Of a stretch of 64,000 nucleotides of DNA, positions 30,283 to 41,344 are shown piece after piece. Position 1 is the stretch's first letter, and every line of letters begins with the position of its first letter. This DNA is from Spirochaetia bacterium. Its GTDB lineage: Bacteria; Spirochaetota; Spirochaetia; UBA9216. The stretch is from contig OZ223270.1 of the NCBI GenBank assembly GCA_965140585.1, forward strand, positions 416,001 to 480,000, read 5' to 3'. The notes beneath the pieces were generated by a model that saw nothing but the letters and a program-made list of their open reading frames with translations, was not told the origin of the DNA and made no database searches. Position numbers and translations under genes: made by a program.

Positions 30283-30836
30283 TTATTAACCTTTTTAATT
30301 ATTTTAGCAGGATTTCCTGCAATAATTACATTAGACGGAAAAACTCCCTTTACAACTGCACCTGCTCCAACCACTGAATTTTCTCCTATAAATGTACCTT
30401 TCAGAATTATAGATCTCATTCCGATAAATACATTGTTTCCTATAAAAACCTCTTTTCCTATTACATTTTTATTTTTTAATCTTCCTTCGGCTTCAATGGG
30501 GTGAAAGTCGTTATCAACAATCTTACACTCTGTTCCGATTAAACAATTATCAGATATAGTTATTTTCTCTATTGAATATATTTGCGATCCTGAAATACCG
30601 ACATTATTTCCAATAACAATTTCTCCACTTCCCCTTGTGATTAAGTGTGTTCGATTTGAAATTCCTAATAAATTTGAATAAGAGGAACTATTGATAATTA
30701 TTTTCTTGCCAAATTTTAAAGAACCTGATTTGGTCAATATTAATGTTAAACCGTTAAACTTAACATTTTTTTTATACTTAATTTTGTATAACAAAAAAAC
30801 TATGATAAAATATATTTTTCGAAAAATCAATTTCAT
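30279..30836 (-). CDS. Hexapeptide-repeat O-acyltransferase
   Basis: IGNNVFIG...IGENSVVGAGAVV...AGNPAK. Confidence 0.88.
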   Translation of the reverse strand: MKLIFRKIYFIIVFLLYKIKYKKNVKFNGLTLILTKSGSLKFGKKIIINSSSYSNLLGISNRTHLITRGSGEIVIGNNVGISGSQIYSIEKITISDNCLIGTECKIVDNDFHPIEAEGRLKNKNVIGKEVFIGNNVFIGMRSIILKGTFIGENSVVGAGAVVKGVFPSNVIIAGNPAKIIKKVNK

Positions 30837-30850
30837 TTATTCTGGTCCTT

Positions 30851-32011
30851 TCATAAGCGTAATTCTACTAAATTGTTGATTTTAATATTCTTACTACAGT
30901 ATGCTAAATATATAGGATAAAGAATATTTAAGGGAAAAAATTCGTTAATCGGAATACTTAACCCAATTAAAATAAAACTTAACAAAAAAATATATAATAT
31001 TTTATTATTTCTTTCTCCCAAGATATATTTTAATGAAAGGAAAATGTTTAAAATTATAATGTATAATATTGGCACGAATCCATATTGCCAAAAAATAGAA
31101 GCATATATACTATCGTTAATTTTTGGTAATTGAACTTGAATACGATCTTTAAAATAACTATAAAAAAAGTTACTTCCATAGCCTGGAGCAACACCAGTAA
31201 ATCCACCTTCCAAAAACGAACTTTTTATTAAATTAAATCTTGTAGAGAAGCTGATATCAAAATCACTTCTTCCAGATATTATAGGATATACATATAATAA
31301 AAATACTAATGCTATAAATATAGCTGGAATTAATAACAAAACAAAAACTCTTATTCTAATTTTTTGTAAAATTAGAACGCATAAATAGACGATAAATCCC
31401 ATAGCACTTGAAATCATTACTAAAGTTAAACCAACAACTAAAACATAGATAACATTTTTTTTATTTAGATAATGACTAATCGCAATATAACTGAATATCA
31501 AAAAACCTGATGCAGGGGAAGGATAAAAAAAGAAACCACAGGCTCTCTTATTAAACCCAAAATAACCAGTTCCCCAGCTGTGTGTAAAAAAGTACTCAGC
31601 TGATATTGAAATAATAAGAATTATTTGAATCAGATATAATAATTTTGTAATTAATATTATATGATTGGAATTTATTGTGTTATAAAAGTAAATAAAAAGT
31701 ATAAATGGAATTATCGTTCTAAAACCAATAAAAAAAATTAAATTTTTAGAGAAAAAAATATTTATAATTGAAATTACTAAACAAAATACTAAAATTATTT
31801 TATAAATAATTAAATTACAATTATCTTTTCTATTATTAAAAATAATATCAATAATTAAAATTATTAAAAGATATATAAAAACAAAATCTTTAATTGTTTT
31901 TAAATATTTTAAATTAATATCTAAATTAAATTTTAGCAAAAACTCCGTAATACCAAAAATAGGAGTTAATATAATTAGTATATAAATAAGTCGATAAGTA
32001 TATTTATTCAT
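30851..32011 (-). CDS. wzy: Polysaccharide polymerase (Wzy-like)
   Basis: About 10-11 hydrophobic segments, periplasmic loops with R and GYG, very AT-rich, inside the polysaccharide locus. Confidence 0.65.
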   Translation of the reverse strand: MNKYTYRLIYILIILTPIFGITEFLLKFNLDINLKYLKTIKDFVFIYLLIILIIDIIFNNRKDNCNLIIYKIILVFCLVISIINIFFSKNLIFFIGFRTIIPFILFIYFYNTINSNHIILITKLLYLIQIILIISISAEYFFTHSWGTGYFGFNKRACGFFFYPSPASGFLIFSYIAISHYLNKKNVIYVLVVGLTLVMISSAMGFIVYLCVLILQKIRIRVFVLLLIPAIFIALVFLLYVYPIISGRSDFDISFSTRFNLIKSSFLEGGFTGVAPGYGSNFFYSYFKDRIQVQLPKINDSIYASIFWQYGFVPILYIIILNIFLSLKYILGERNNKILYIFLLSFILIGLSIPINEFFPLNILYPIYLAYCSKNIKINNLVELRL

Positions 32012-32084
32012 ATGTTAACTTCATAATCTAACGTTGCAATATCTTCTTGTATCTAAATTTTTCATCACCAACTAAGATATCATA

Positions 32085-33194
32085 TTAAATATTTATTATA
32101 TCATAATTTATTCTTAATTGATCACAAAGTTTACAAAACAACTTTCTTATACGATTATATTCTTTATAAACATGTGGAATAATAAAAATATTAACTTTTC
32201 CTTTTCTATATAAATGTAGATTTATTACTGCTGCACTGCCAAATGTATAAGTATCAATTATTTGATTTTGATCAATGATTAAAAAAAACATTTCAACTGG
32301 TATCTTTTGATCAATCTCAATTACATTTTCATATAAATCCGTTTTAATTTCAAATTTTTCTGTTGGATGCTTTTTTAGAATCACTAAATCATATTTTTTT
32401 GAATATACCATTTTATCTATAATTCTTTTATAATATTCAACAGAAAGATCATTGTCTTTTGTAGAACCTCCAATATTTGGTGAGGTCAATAAGATTGATA
32501 TTCTTTTCTTATTTTTTAGTTCTAACCTCAAATCTGACAAACGATATTGTTTAAATAAAATATCCTGATACTTTTTATTATTAATAAATGAAAATATATT
32601 TAAAGGTTGTTTATAGTCGATTTTATTTTGTATTCTTTTTTTTCCTACATATTTATTTGGCATAGATAATCTAATTTCTTGTATATATTTTAAGCTACCT
32701 AAATATGATGATGGATAGTTAAAAACATAGGCTAAATTTTTAAAAAAATATAATAAATTTTTATGTTTATTTACATTGACATAATTTGCATATCCATCTT
32801 CATATAAAATAACATTTTTCCCTTCTTTATAAAATTTTTTTGCAAAAAAATACTCAAGACCAAACTCTGTTGAGATATATAATTCATCAAATTGATTGTC
32901 TATAATGTTCTTATATTTTTTAATTTCATTATTATTAAAATTAAAAAATAAGACACGTTCCAAAAAGGATTTTTCTTTTACTTTATTAATTGTATTAGCA
33001 TCATCTATAAATACTACATTATCAAATAATTTTAATGATTTTATAATATTAATATAGTGTTCTGCTCCATTAAAATGATTTAAAACAATTAATTCATTAA
33101 TATTTTCACTATCTTCATTTACGACGATTGATGCAATAACTAAAAGATGAGCCGGTTGAGATATAAAATATAATTTTTTTTTTATTTTTTTCAA
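32085..33194 (-). CDS. Sialyltransferase-like (nonulosonate) transferase
   Basis: YEDG and KKHP motifs shared by bacterial sialyltransferases; adjacent CMP-nonulosonate pathway. Confidence 0.7.
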   Translation of the reverse strand: MKKIKKKLYFISQPAHLLVIASIVVNEDSENINELIVLNHFNGAEHYINIIKSLKLFDNVVFIDDANTINKVKEKSFLERVLFFNFNNNEIKKYKNIIDNQFDELYISTEFGLEYFFAKKFYKEGKNVILYEDGYANYVNVNKHKNLLYFFKNLAYVFNYPSSYLGSLKYIQEIRLSMPNKYVGKKRIQNKIDYKQPLNIFSFINNKKYQDILFKQYRLSDLRLELKNKKRISILLTSPNIGGSTKDNDLSVEYYKRIIDKMVYSKKYDLVILKKHPTEKFEIKTDLYENVIEIDQKIPVEMFFLIIDQNQIIDTYTFGSAAVINLHLYRKGKVNIFIIPHVYKEYNRIRKLFCKLCDQLRINYDIINI

Positions 33195-33250
33195 AAGTTA
33201 TAAAGTCCTATTCAATTATCTTGATGTGAGCCTTAAAATCAAATTATCAA

Positions 33251-34642
33251 TTACAATATTTGTTTTAACAATTTTTTCTCTTTAATTACAATAATTGCTA
33301 TTATTATATATACACAAGTAATTATTGCTCTATAAACAAAATTATTAAAATAATTACTAACTATAAGAGCCATAAATAAATTCAGGATGTATATTAATAT
33401 TAATGGAAAAATTTTAAAAATTCTATTATATCTATTACTAATTAATACGGATATAATATTTCGTACAATATTAGAAATATAACTCGCAATAATAGCACCT
33501 TGGATACCGTAATTGGGAATCAAAAAATAATTTAATACAATATTTACAAATGCTGCTGATAAAGTTATTACTGGTATTAGTTTAGTATTATTATAATAAA
33601 TTGAATGAATATAGATATAATAGAAAGTATTTAGTGCGATAGTAAAGACTAAGAACAAGACATAATCTAAAGAACTAGCATAGGCTTCTTTTACTAATAA
33701 TCTATATCCTTCTTTTGAGAATATTGATATCCCAAAACTAAGAAATCCAATAAGTATCATAAAAATATATGAGGCACGTTTTAATATAAAAAAATTATTG
33801 TTTTTATAATTTTTATAAAACCACGGAGCATAGGATTTATTAAAGGCACTAATAAAAACTAAAAGAATATTGGCAAACTGAAATGCGAGATTATATATTC
33901 CTACTGATTCGGAATTAATATAACTATTTAAAAAAAATCTATCTATTGTACTCATCAATATTCCCGCAAGGCTATGTGGCAATAATGGCAATGAATAAGT
34001 AACTATTTCTTTTATTACGCTAAAATCATAATTGAATTTACAAATATTTAAATATTTATATATTGAAAAAGCCCCTAATATTACATTAGTTATTAAAAGT
34101 GCCAAAATCAAACCAAATACTTTCAATTTCAAAAGCACAACAAAGATCACAATCAAAATAATATTGATTACAGTATATAATAAATTTAAAAAAGCAATTT
34201 GATTTGATTTTTCTTTGGCAATTAAAATAGATTGATATAAATTTAAAAAACTATTTAAGATCCCAGCAACTATTATGATTATCAAGTAGGGTATAAATGG
34301 AATATCTGAATAAAATGAAAACTTTTCGATAATTTTAGAAAAAACAATACAAGATATTAAAATAACTATACTAAAAACAAAAACTACAATAAAAGAGTTA
34401 AAACAATATATTTCAAATTCATTTTTTTTATTATTTAAATGATATTTTCTAACGATTCCATCTGAAGTACCAAATAAAATTACAATGGATAATAAAATAA
34501 AAGAGGAATTTAGAATGCTATATATACCAAATTCATTAACAGCTAAATATGTTGTATATATTGGTATTAGAATGAAGCCACTAGCTTTTTGTACGACAGA
34601 AAGTATCGAAAAAATTGAAGCATTTTTAATTAATGAAGACAT
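33251..34642 (-). CDS. wzx: Polysaccharide flippase
   Basis: LIPIYT..L...EFG; YSLPLLPH; IDRFFL...VGIY; LIPNYGIQGA. Confidence 0.88.
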   Translation of the reverse strand: MSSLIKNASIFSILSVVQKASGFILIPIYTTYLAVNEFGIYSILNSSFILLSIVILFGTSDGIVRKYHLNNKKNEFEIYCFNSFIVVFVFSIVILISCIVFSKIIEKFSFYSDIPFIPYLIIIIVAGILNSFLNLYQSILIAKEKSNQIAFLNLLYTVINIILIVIFVVLLKLKVFGLILALLITNVILGAFSIYKYLNICKFNYDFSVIKEIVTYSLPLLPHSLAGILMSTIDRFFLNSYINSESVGIYNLAFQFANILLVFISAFNKSYAPWFYKNYKNNNFFILKRASYIFMILIGFLSFGISIFSKEGYRLLVKEAYASSLDYVLFLVFTIALNTFYYIYIHSIYYNNTKLIPVITLSAAFVNIVLNYFLIPNYGIQGAIIASYISNIVRNIISVLISNRYNRIFKIFPLILIYILNLFMALIVSNYFNNFVYRAIITCVYIIIAIIVIKEKKLLKQIL

Positions 34643-35307
34643 TCTTTTACTTTTAAAACAATTTTTCTACTAATGAGGCTATGACCATAAGAATTAAAAT
34701 GATAACCATCAACTGTATAATTATCAATTTTTTCATTATCCTTAAAAATTTGAACTAATTCACAATTATCATAATTGTTTACTACCTCTTTTATAATATT
34801 ATTATAAATCTTAATATTATACATAATATCTTCAGATTTACTAATCATCGACTCTCCAACAGGAGAAATCTCAATAAATAATATTTTTTTTATATTCAAA
34901 TTTTGAGCTCTTTCACAATAAGATTTTACACTATTCTTGAATTCTACTACACTTGTATAAGTTCTTGTTTTTTTTCTTTTTCTAAGGATATTAAAAATGA
35001 ATATTGTTATTCTTTGTATAGCCAGTGGTAAATTATTTATTATTTTATTCTCAAAATAACTCAATTTTCGCGGTGCGCAATCAACAATTCCTAATTGTAT
35101 TAATACTATAGTAGGATTATAATATTCCAATAAATCTGGACCTTCTAGTTTTAATCTACTCATTAAGGAACCACGTTTAAATAATTCTACCCAATTAACA
35201 TTAGTAACTATATTTTTTAAAGTATTTGGCCAACAATCTTTATATAATACTTTCTCTCTTGGCATTCCCATAGAATCAGTAATTATTAAACCAATTTGCT
35301 TATCCAT
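34630..35307 (-). CDS. SGNH/GDSL hydrolase family protein
   Basis: TDS block I, QLGIVD block III, DGYH catalytic motif. Confidence 0.75.
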   Translation of the reverse strand: MDKQIGLIITDSMGMPREKVLYKDCWPNTLKNIVTNVNWVELFKRGSLMSRLKLEGPDLLEYYNPTIVLIQLGIVDCAPRKLSYFENKIINNLPLAIQRITIFIFNILRKRKKTRTYTSVVEFKNSVKSYCERAQNLNIKKILFIEISPVGESMISKSEDIMYNIKIYNNIIKEVVNNYDNCELVQIFKDNEKIDNYTVDGYHFNSYGHSLISRKIVLKVKECLH

Positions 35308-35314
35308 TTTCAGA

Positions 35315-36265
35315 TTAAAGAGATCCTTCTAATTTTTTTAAGTATTTTGAAAATTCATATATTTGTTCTTTTAATGTTTTTAAAGACTTCATCCCTTTTA
35401 TAAAAAATTGTACTTCCAAAAATAACCCAGGTTTATATTTTTCATCCAAAGTGTAATCTATTCCACTGACATCTTTCACTACTATAGACCCTAAATCTTG
35501 AATCTGTAATTTTTCGAGTGGAGCAAAATAAAGCCTATGTTTATGAGTTAAAAACTCAAGCCGCCATCGCCCTGGCGCATTCCAGTTTGCTTGATAGTTA
35601 AATAATACACCATTTTTTGTAACACCCGCCCCAGAGTATCGAGCAGCTTGCGGATGCCAATCGATCTCTCCTTGACCAGCACTGTAACATGAAATCTCAT
35701 TTGGTAAACCTCCCAAATAAAAAGCAAGATCTATTACATGGGAAGAATTAGCAATAAGCCATTGCTCTTTAACGCCTTCAGCTTTAGGAATATCTTTAAT
35801 TTTATGACTCCATTCAGTAAATTCGAAATTAAACGATGTAAGACCGCCATCATTTTGAATTATTTCTTGTGCCTTTAAGACTGATGCATAAAAACGACGA
35901 TTATAACCCAGATATATTTCAGCAGATCTTTCATTTGCATACTGCGATAAATATACAATCTGTTGATAGTTTAATCCACCTGGTTTCTCAACAAGGATAT
36001 CTTTAACACCGGCATTAATAAGATCAATAGAACACTGGCATAATTGTTCAACACCTACTGCTACAATAGCTTTTTCAGGAAGCTGTGGATTTGTTAATAA
36101 AAATTCAGACAATCCGCCAATAAAGACATCGACTCCTGTTTCTTTTTTAAATTTTATTGCAGATTTTTCTCCGCGACCTATAATCTTTACAGTCAAATCA
36201 AGATCTGTCAGTACTTTATAATATTCAATGGCCATTGGCCCAGTTCCGATTAGCCAAACATTCAT
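35315..36265 (-). CDS. Gfo/Idh/MocA oxidoreductase
   Basis: IGTGPMA, LVEKPG, YNRRF, HVID. Confidence 0.85.
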   Translation of the reverse strand: MNVWLIGTGPMAIEYYKVLTDLDLTVKIIGRGEKSAIKFKKETGVDVFIGGLSEFLLTNPQLPEKAIVAVGVEQLCQCSIDLINAGVKDILVEKPGGLNYQQIVYLSQYANERSAEIYLGYNRRFYASVLKAQEIIQNDGGLTSFNFEFTEWSHKIKDIPKAEGVKEQWLIANSSHVIDLAFYLGGLPNEISCYSAGQGEIDWHPQAARYSGAGVTKNGVLFNYQANWNAPGRWRLEFLTHKHRLYFAPLEKLQIQDLGSIVVKDVSGIDYTLDEKYKPGLFLEVQFFIKGMKSLKTLKEQIYEFSKYLKKLEGSL

Positions 36266-36272
36266 TTTATCC

Positions 36273-37238
36273 TCACGTTATTGGACAAAGATCTAATTCT
36301 TTTCCCAGAGATAGTTCGATATGTGATTGTATCTTTTCTATATAGTCAAGATGAATTTCCATCGATTCATCAAATTTTGTCAAGTCACAAACCCCTTTAC
36401 TAATCAGCTTATCCGCAACAAGACCTGTCAAATCACTTTGAAATAAAAATGGTTCAGTAAATACTTTTGTATTCCCGAGCTCTTTAATTGAAACATTTCC
36501 AGTTGATTCGTTGATTATTACTTCAATTTCGTTTATTTCAAGGATTACCCTGATAGGAGCTGTGCCAGGTATAGATGATGATGTAATTTCAAAACCAAAA
36601 TTACCATCATTACCAATTATGGTACCAGTTATCTCTTTATATCCTGAGCGTTTGCTATCAATAATTTTACTATCAAGCACATCCGTACTAATTGGAATCA
36701 CCTTATATTTTGATAAAAAATAAAATAAATCTAAAAAATGAATTCCATTGCAAGCAAGTCCCCAATTATTACCAGTTACAATCATTTTTAGTTTTTCTAT
36801 ACTTTTAAAATACTCCGCAATTTTTAAATACAAAGGCTGTAATCTTCTCGGGCAATTTACCCAAGCAACACAACCATTCTGTTCAAGCAGCGTTTTTATC
36901 CTATAATAATCTTCAACTTTTTGAAAAAGGATTTTCTCAAAAATTACATTTGAAACTGATTTTGTGAATAAAATTCTTTCAGTAACCAATGCTCTAATAT
37001 TTGCACCAGTTGCTATGACTGCAAGTATAAATTCAGTTTCCTCAATTTCAGCAATTGAGGGATGATATGACACAGAAATATTTGAATGTATTTCATTAGC
37101 TCTTTCTTTTGTAATATTCAATGAATTTTCATTCGGATCCACAACAAAAATGCGAACCGGGGTATTCATTTTTAAGAGGCCTTGTAGATGTCGACTTCCT
37201 AGCTGTCCAGCTCCTATAAGGATTATATTATTCTTCAT
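36273..37238 (-). CDS. Gfo/Idh/MocA-like oxidoreductase
   Basis: IGAGQLGSRH, FEK, VNCPRR, HFLD; start moved to the ATGA overlap at 37238. Confidence 0.8.
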   Translation of the reverse strand: MKNNIILIGAGQLGSRHLQGLLKMNTPVRIFVVDPNENSLNITKERANEIHSNISVSYHPSIAEIEETEFILAVIATGANIRALVTERILFTKSVSNVIFEKILFQKVEDYYRIKTLLEQNGCVAWVNCPRRLQPLYLKIAEYFKSIEKLKMIVTGNNWGLACNGIHFLDLFYFLSKYKVIPISTDVLDSKIIDSKRSGYKEITGTIIGNDGNFGFEITSSSIPGTAPIRVILEINEIEVIINESTGNVSIKELGNTKVFTEPFLFQSDLTGLVADKLISKGVCDLTKFDESMEIHLDYIEKIQSHIELSLGKELDLCPIT

Positions 37239-37981
37239 AAAGTCCAACCATCATCTACTATAATATTTTGCCCATTAATATACTTTGAATCATCACTTAT
37301 CAGAAAAGCAAGAGAGCCTACAACATCATCCGGATCTAACATTCCTTTATTCGAAGCATATTCTTTATATTTTCTTAAAAATGATTCAGGTTGATTAAGA
37401 AAGATGCCACCTAAAGACAGTGAATTACATCTAATATTTTCTCCTTTACAATACTTAGCAATATACTTTGTTAAATGGATCACGGCTGATTTTATTCCAG
37501 CATATTCGACCGGCATTGTAATGTTTGTTCCATCATAAATTTCAAACCGAGGTGCACTTACACCATATATAGATGAAATATTTATGATATTACCGTATCC
37601 CTGTTCTCGAAAAAATTTAACTGCTTTCTGGCATACAAGGAAATAGCCACCTAGGTGAAGGCTTATATTTTCACAAAAATCCGTATATGTAACGTCTTCA
37701 AATTTTCTACCATAATTCTTATTACGTGGATATGCATTATTAACAATACCATCTATTTTAAGTTTTCTGTCGGTAAAAAAATTAAATAAATCTTCAACCG
37801 ACTTTTCTGAAGTTATATCAATAGGAAGAAAATCTACACCAAGATCTTTTGAAATTACTTCATTTTCAATTTTATCCAAATCAGCAATATAAACAGTATA
37901 ACCAATCTGTTTAAGAGCTTTTGAGTAAGCCTGACCCATCTGACCACAGCCACCTGTTATAATTACATTTTTGTTTTTCAA
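37235..37981 (-). CDS. ptmA: SDR oxidoreductase, PtmA-like
   Basis: TGGCGQMG, NNAYP, LHLGGYF, YAGIK, SNKGMLD, VDDGWTL as in Campylobacter PtmA. Confidence 0.75.
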   Translation of the reverse strand: MKNKNVIITGGCGQMGQAYSKALKQIGYTVYIADLDKIENEVISKDLGVDFLPIDITSEKSVEDLFNFFTDRKLKIDGIVNNAYPRNKNYGRKFEDVTYTDFCENISLHLGGYFLVCQKAVKFFREQGYGNIINISSIYGVSAPRFEIYDGTNITMPVEYAGIKSAVIHLTKYIAKYCKGENIRCNSLSLGGIFLNQPESFLRKYKEYASNKGMLDPDDVVGSLAFLISDDSKYINGQNIIVDDGWTL

Positions 37982-37986
37982 AATAA

Positions 37987-38694
37987 TTAAGCTCTCTTTT
38001 TGTTTAAAATATATTCAACAATCTCAAAATCCAATTCACAATCAATATCTTGAGACCTTTCCTCTGGCATGATATATAACCCCGTTTTATCTGTAAAGAT
38101 AGAATCGCACTCTAATAGAGCATTCCTTTTCCATATATATATTGAAGCATTCATATCATAACATTTTGGTGAATCCTGACGTCTTAATACTTTTTTCACT
38201 AATTGCTTTGATAAAAAAACCCTTCCCAATTCATCACATTCAACCAAATTAAAATAAGGAGATCGTCTAGCTGGAGTTCCACTTATAAGTATATCATTAT
38301 TGTTCTCTTTAAATTGATGAAAGGCATTTAATATATCTTCGACATTTCTTAATGGTGAAGTAGCATCTAGATCAACATGATATTTAAATTTCTCATTATA
38401 ATAATTTTCAGCACTTAATAATGCATGTCGTATTACATCCAATTTCCCACTTGTATCAGATGCTAATTCCGCTGGTCGTTTAAAAATTACCTCAGCACCA
38501 GCTCTCTCTGCAGTTTTTAAAATTTCTTCAGAATCACTACTGACAATAATATGATTAAAAATATTAGCAGCAATTGCCTGTTCTATCGAATAAGTAATTA
38601 ATGGTTTTCCATTTAACAATCTGACATTCTTATTTTTAACACCTTTAGAGCCACCCCTTGCACATATAGAGCATAAAACACTATCTTTATTCAT
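37987..38694 (-). CDS. CMP-nonulosonate synthetase (PtmB/LegF-like)
   Basis: CARGGSKGVKNKN, DATSPLR, NASIY, DID. Confidence 0.9.
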   Translation of the reverse strand: MNKDSVLCSICARGGSKGVKNKNVRLLNGKPLITYSIEQAIAANIFNHIIVSSDSEEILKTAERAGAEVIFKRPAELASDTSGKLDVIRHALLSAENYYNEKFKYHVDLDATSPLRNVEDILNAFHQFKENNNDILISGTPARRSPYFNLVECDELGRVFLSKQLVKKVLRRQDSPKCYDMNASIYIWKRNALLECDSIFTDKTGLYIMPEERSQDIDCELDFEIVEYILNKKRA

Positions 38695-39598
38695 TTCTAT
38701 TCCTTATATCTTCTATCCAGGATAAAACATCGATACCATCTGCAAATGTAGCAAGTTCTTTCTTTTGATTCCCCGACAGAGCTTGCAAGTGCATATTTTT
38801 ATAACTAACATTTATATCGTAAGGTTCTTCATATACAATTTCTTTTTGGCAGCCTTTGTCTGCACAAACTAATCTATTACTAAGTAAATCAGCAAAATAA
38901 GTATTACTATCTGTATTAATAATTATATTTCTCATAAATATTTTATTTAAATAATCAATAGTAATATTAAAAACAATACCTGATTGCAATATTCCAATTG
39001 ATGAAAAATAATCATCTGAATTTATATATAGATTTGAAATTGTTTTATTAATTGAGCTGTAACTCTTAATATTTCCAAAAACCCAAATTAGATAATCTAA
39101 CTCATGACTTAAATCAAGGAGAACACCACCTCCCCTTTCTTTAAAAGCACTGTATGTTTCAGAATAGTCTCTATCAGGACGCCAACTTGGTAAATATTGT
39201 CCCGTTTGAATATTTACACTTAAAATATGTTCATTTTCTGAAATTCTTTTAATCTTTTTAATTAAAGGATGGAAGCGTAAATTATAAGCAACATATATTT
39301 GATTATTTAAGGTTAAATTAAAAACTCTTAGTGAAAGAGGTTTTTCAACCAATATTATTTTTTCTTTAACTCTCTCGTTTAAATAAATTAACTGGTCTTC
39401 ATGATCCGAGGTTATTGATGAAATTATAAAATAATCAAATAGATTTAAATTATTTATATCTTTTAAATCCAAATATGTCTTATATTCTTTGATATTCTGC
39501 TTTGTAACAATTTGAATCTCGGAGATTTCATCAATCTCAGAAAGAATATTCACATGTCGTTTGCCTATTGAGCCATATCCAACAACCAATACTTTCAT
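38687..39598 (-). CDS. Gfo/Idh/MocA oxidoreductase, PtmF-like
   Basis: GYGSIGKRH, VEKP, YNLRFHP, GGGVLLDLSHELD. Confidence 0.82.
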   Translation of the reverse strand: MKVLVVGYGSIGKRHVNILSEIDEISEIQIVTKQNIKEYKTYLDLKDINNLNLFDYFIISSITSDHEDQLIYLNERVKEKIILVEKPLSLRVFNLTLNNQIYVAYNLRFHPLIKKIKRISENEHILSVNIQTGQYLPSWRPDRDYSETYSAFKERGGGVLLDLSHELDYLIWVFGNIKSYSSINKTISNLYINSDDYFSSIGILQSGIVFNITIDYLNKIFMRNIIINTDSNTYFADLLSNRLVCADKGCQKEIVYEEPYDINVSYKNMHLQALSGNQKKELATFADGIDVLSWIEDIRNRNE

Positions 39599-40656
39599 AT
39601 AAATTTACTTACCGCGCTTTTATATTCATCCCATTGACCAACATCAATATAATCATTTTCATTTACAGGGTATGTCATTACCTTCATTTCATTTTTTATT
39701 AATGTTTCAATTAAATGTGTCATATGGAAAAATTCATTATCCGGAATATATTCCCAGGCTTTACGCTCTAAAATATAAACACCTGTATTCACCGATATTG
39801 AATATTCCGGTTTTTCTCTTATATTTTTTACTCTTCCACCATTTTCAAACTCTACAACCCCGTATGGTATAGTTTGATGCTGAATAGAAGATAACATTGT
39901 TAATACTGCACCGGAGTCCTTATGAAACTTAATGACATCTGAATAGTCAGCTTTAACAATGATATCACAATTTGAGACAATAGATGTTTCAGGTGTATTT
40001 TCTAATAATTTCAAACTTGCTGCTGTACCCTGAAAAACTTTTTCTCTAAGAAAAGTTACATTATAATCTTTTTCTAACCCATTAAAGTATGCTTCAATAA
40101 GGTTACCCTTATAATTTACAGTCAAAAAGAAATCATTGATTTGATATTTTCTATACTCATCTATAATATGCTCTACCATTGTTTTTTGGCCAATAGGGAT
40201 TAAGGGTTTAGGGAGAACATTTGTAAAGGGCTCCATTCTTGTCCCTTTACCACCAGCCATTATAATCACAGGAACATTTAGATGCTCATACTTTGCCTTT
40301 TCAATCGTTTTCACAGTTCCTGAGATAGTAAATATATCGATAACCTTTCCAACTTTATTTACTACTGGAGCAAAAATAATATCAAGATTATCCATTTCCT
40401 GATAAGCCTCAAATTTTTTAAACCCTTCATCTAATCGAAAAGTTTTTTTATTACAAGAGAATTCTACCTTTGATTCGAGATTTCCATTATTTAAAATATA
40501 ACGCCTAACATCACCATCAGAAAAAGATCCAATTAATTTCTGTTCTTTATCAATTATAAATAATATTTTAGATGCAACTGCATCCAGTTTTTTCATCGCT
40601 TCTTTTACGCTTACATTTTTTTCTATAAGCAAATCTGTTAAATTGAATTCATGCAT
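39595..40656 (-). CDS. CBS-domain sugar-phosphate nucleotidyltransferase (PtmE-like)
   Basis: N-terminal CBS pair (SDGDVRR), MAGGKGTR, PKPL, DVG. Confidence 0.88.
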   Translation of the reverse strand: MHEFNLTDLLIEKNVSVKEAMKKLDAVASKILFIIDKEQKLIGSFSDGDVRRYILNNGNLESKVEFSCNKKTFRLDEGFKKFEAYQEMDNLDIIFAPVVNKVGKVIDIFTISGTVKTIEKAKYEHLNVPVIIMAGGKGTRMEPFTNVLPKPLIPIGQKTMVEHIIDEYRKYQINDFFLTVNYKGNLIEAYFNGLEKDYNVTFLREKVFQGTAASLKLLENTPETSIVSNCDIIVKADYSDVIKFHKDSGAVLTMLSSIQHQTIPYGVVEFENGGRVKNIREKPEYSISVNTGVYILERKAWEYIPDNEFFHMTHLIETLIKNEMKVMTYPVNENDYIDVGQWDEYKSAVSKFI

Positions 40657-41324
40657 TACCAAACTTCCTTAACAATCATAAATGCCTCTGCATAATTCTC
40701 AGCAATAAAACTTCCCCTGTAAGTGGACAATGCCCTTATAACCTTTTCGCTCCTAGGAAATGGAGATTTCATTATTTCGGACTCATAAATTTTCATTGCT
40801 TTGATTTTGTCATTAATAAAACCTGTGATATTTACATAATAATTAGGCTTGAATATTCTTGATTCTATAGGAAATGCATTTTCTGTTTCACTTAAAGTCT
40901 CCATCATCAATATTTTTTTTATTGATGGATAACGAAAACTTTTAAAACAAGATGTTAACACTTTAAATATAACCTGGTGGTCACTATGAGCATCTCCATA
41001 ATAAGGAACATAAATTATTTCAGGTTGTATTCTGTGTATAATTTCGGAGAAGTTATTAATTAATTCTCCAAAAGGTTGTAAATCTACTTTGGTAGTCGGA
41101 ATATCAAGTTTAATTATCTCTGTAAATCCGTATATAGAGGCCACTTTTTTAATTTGTTCATTTCTATTTTCGATAAAATCCTTTGAATAACCTAATGTTT
41201 CATTAGCAGACGTTACTATTAACCAGTATATTTCATCACCAACATCCTTATGCTTAAAAAGTGTACCTCCACAACCTAAGGTTTCATCATCTGGATGTAC
41301 TGCTACAACTAATACTTTACTCAC
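40656..41324 (-). CDS. PIG-L family N-deacetylase
   Basis: HPDDE..GCGG, HSDH, AEAF. Confidence 0.9.
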   Translation of the reverse strand: MSKVLVVAVHPDDETLGCGGTLFKHKDVGDEIYWLIVTSANETLGYSKDFIENRNEQIKKVASIYGFTEIIKLDIPTTKVDLQPFGELINNFSEIIHRIQPEIIYVPYYGDAHSDHQVIFKVLTSCFKSFRYPSIKKILMMETLSETENAFPIESRIFKPNYYVNITGFINDKIKAMKIYESEIMKSPFPRSEKVIRALSTYRGSFIAENYAEAFMIVKEVW

Positions 41325-41344
41325 TTCAAACCTCTATCAAAGAC

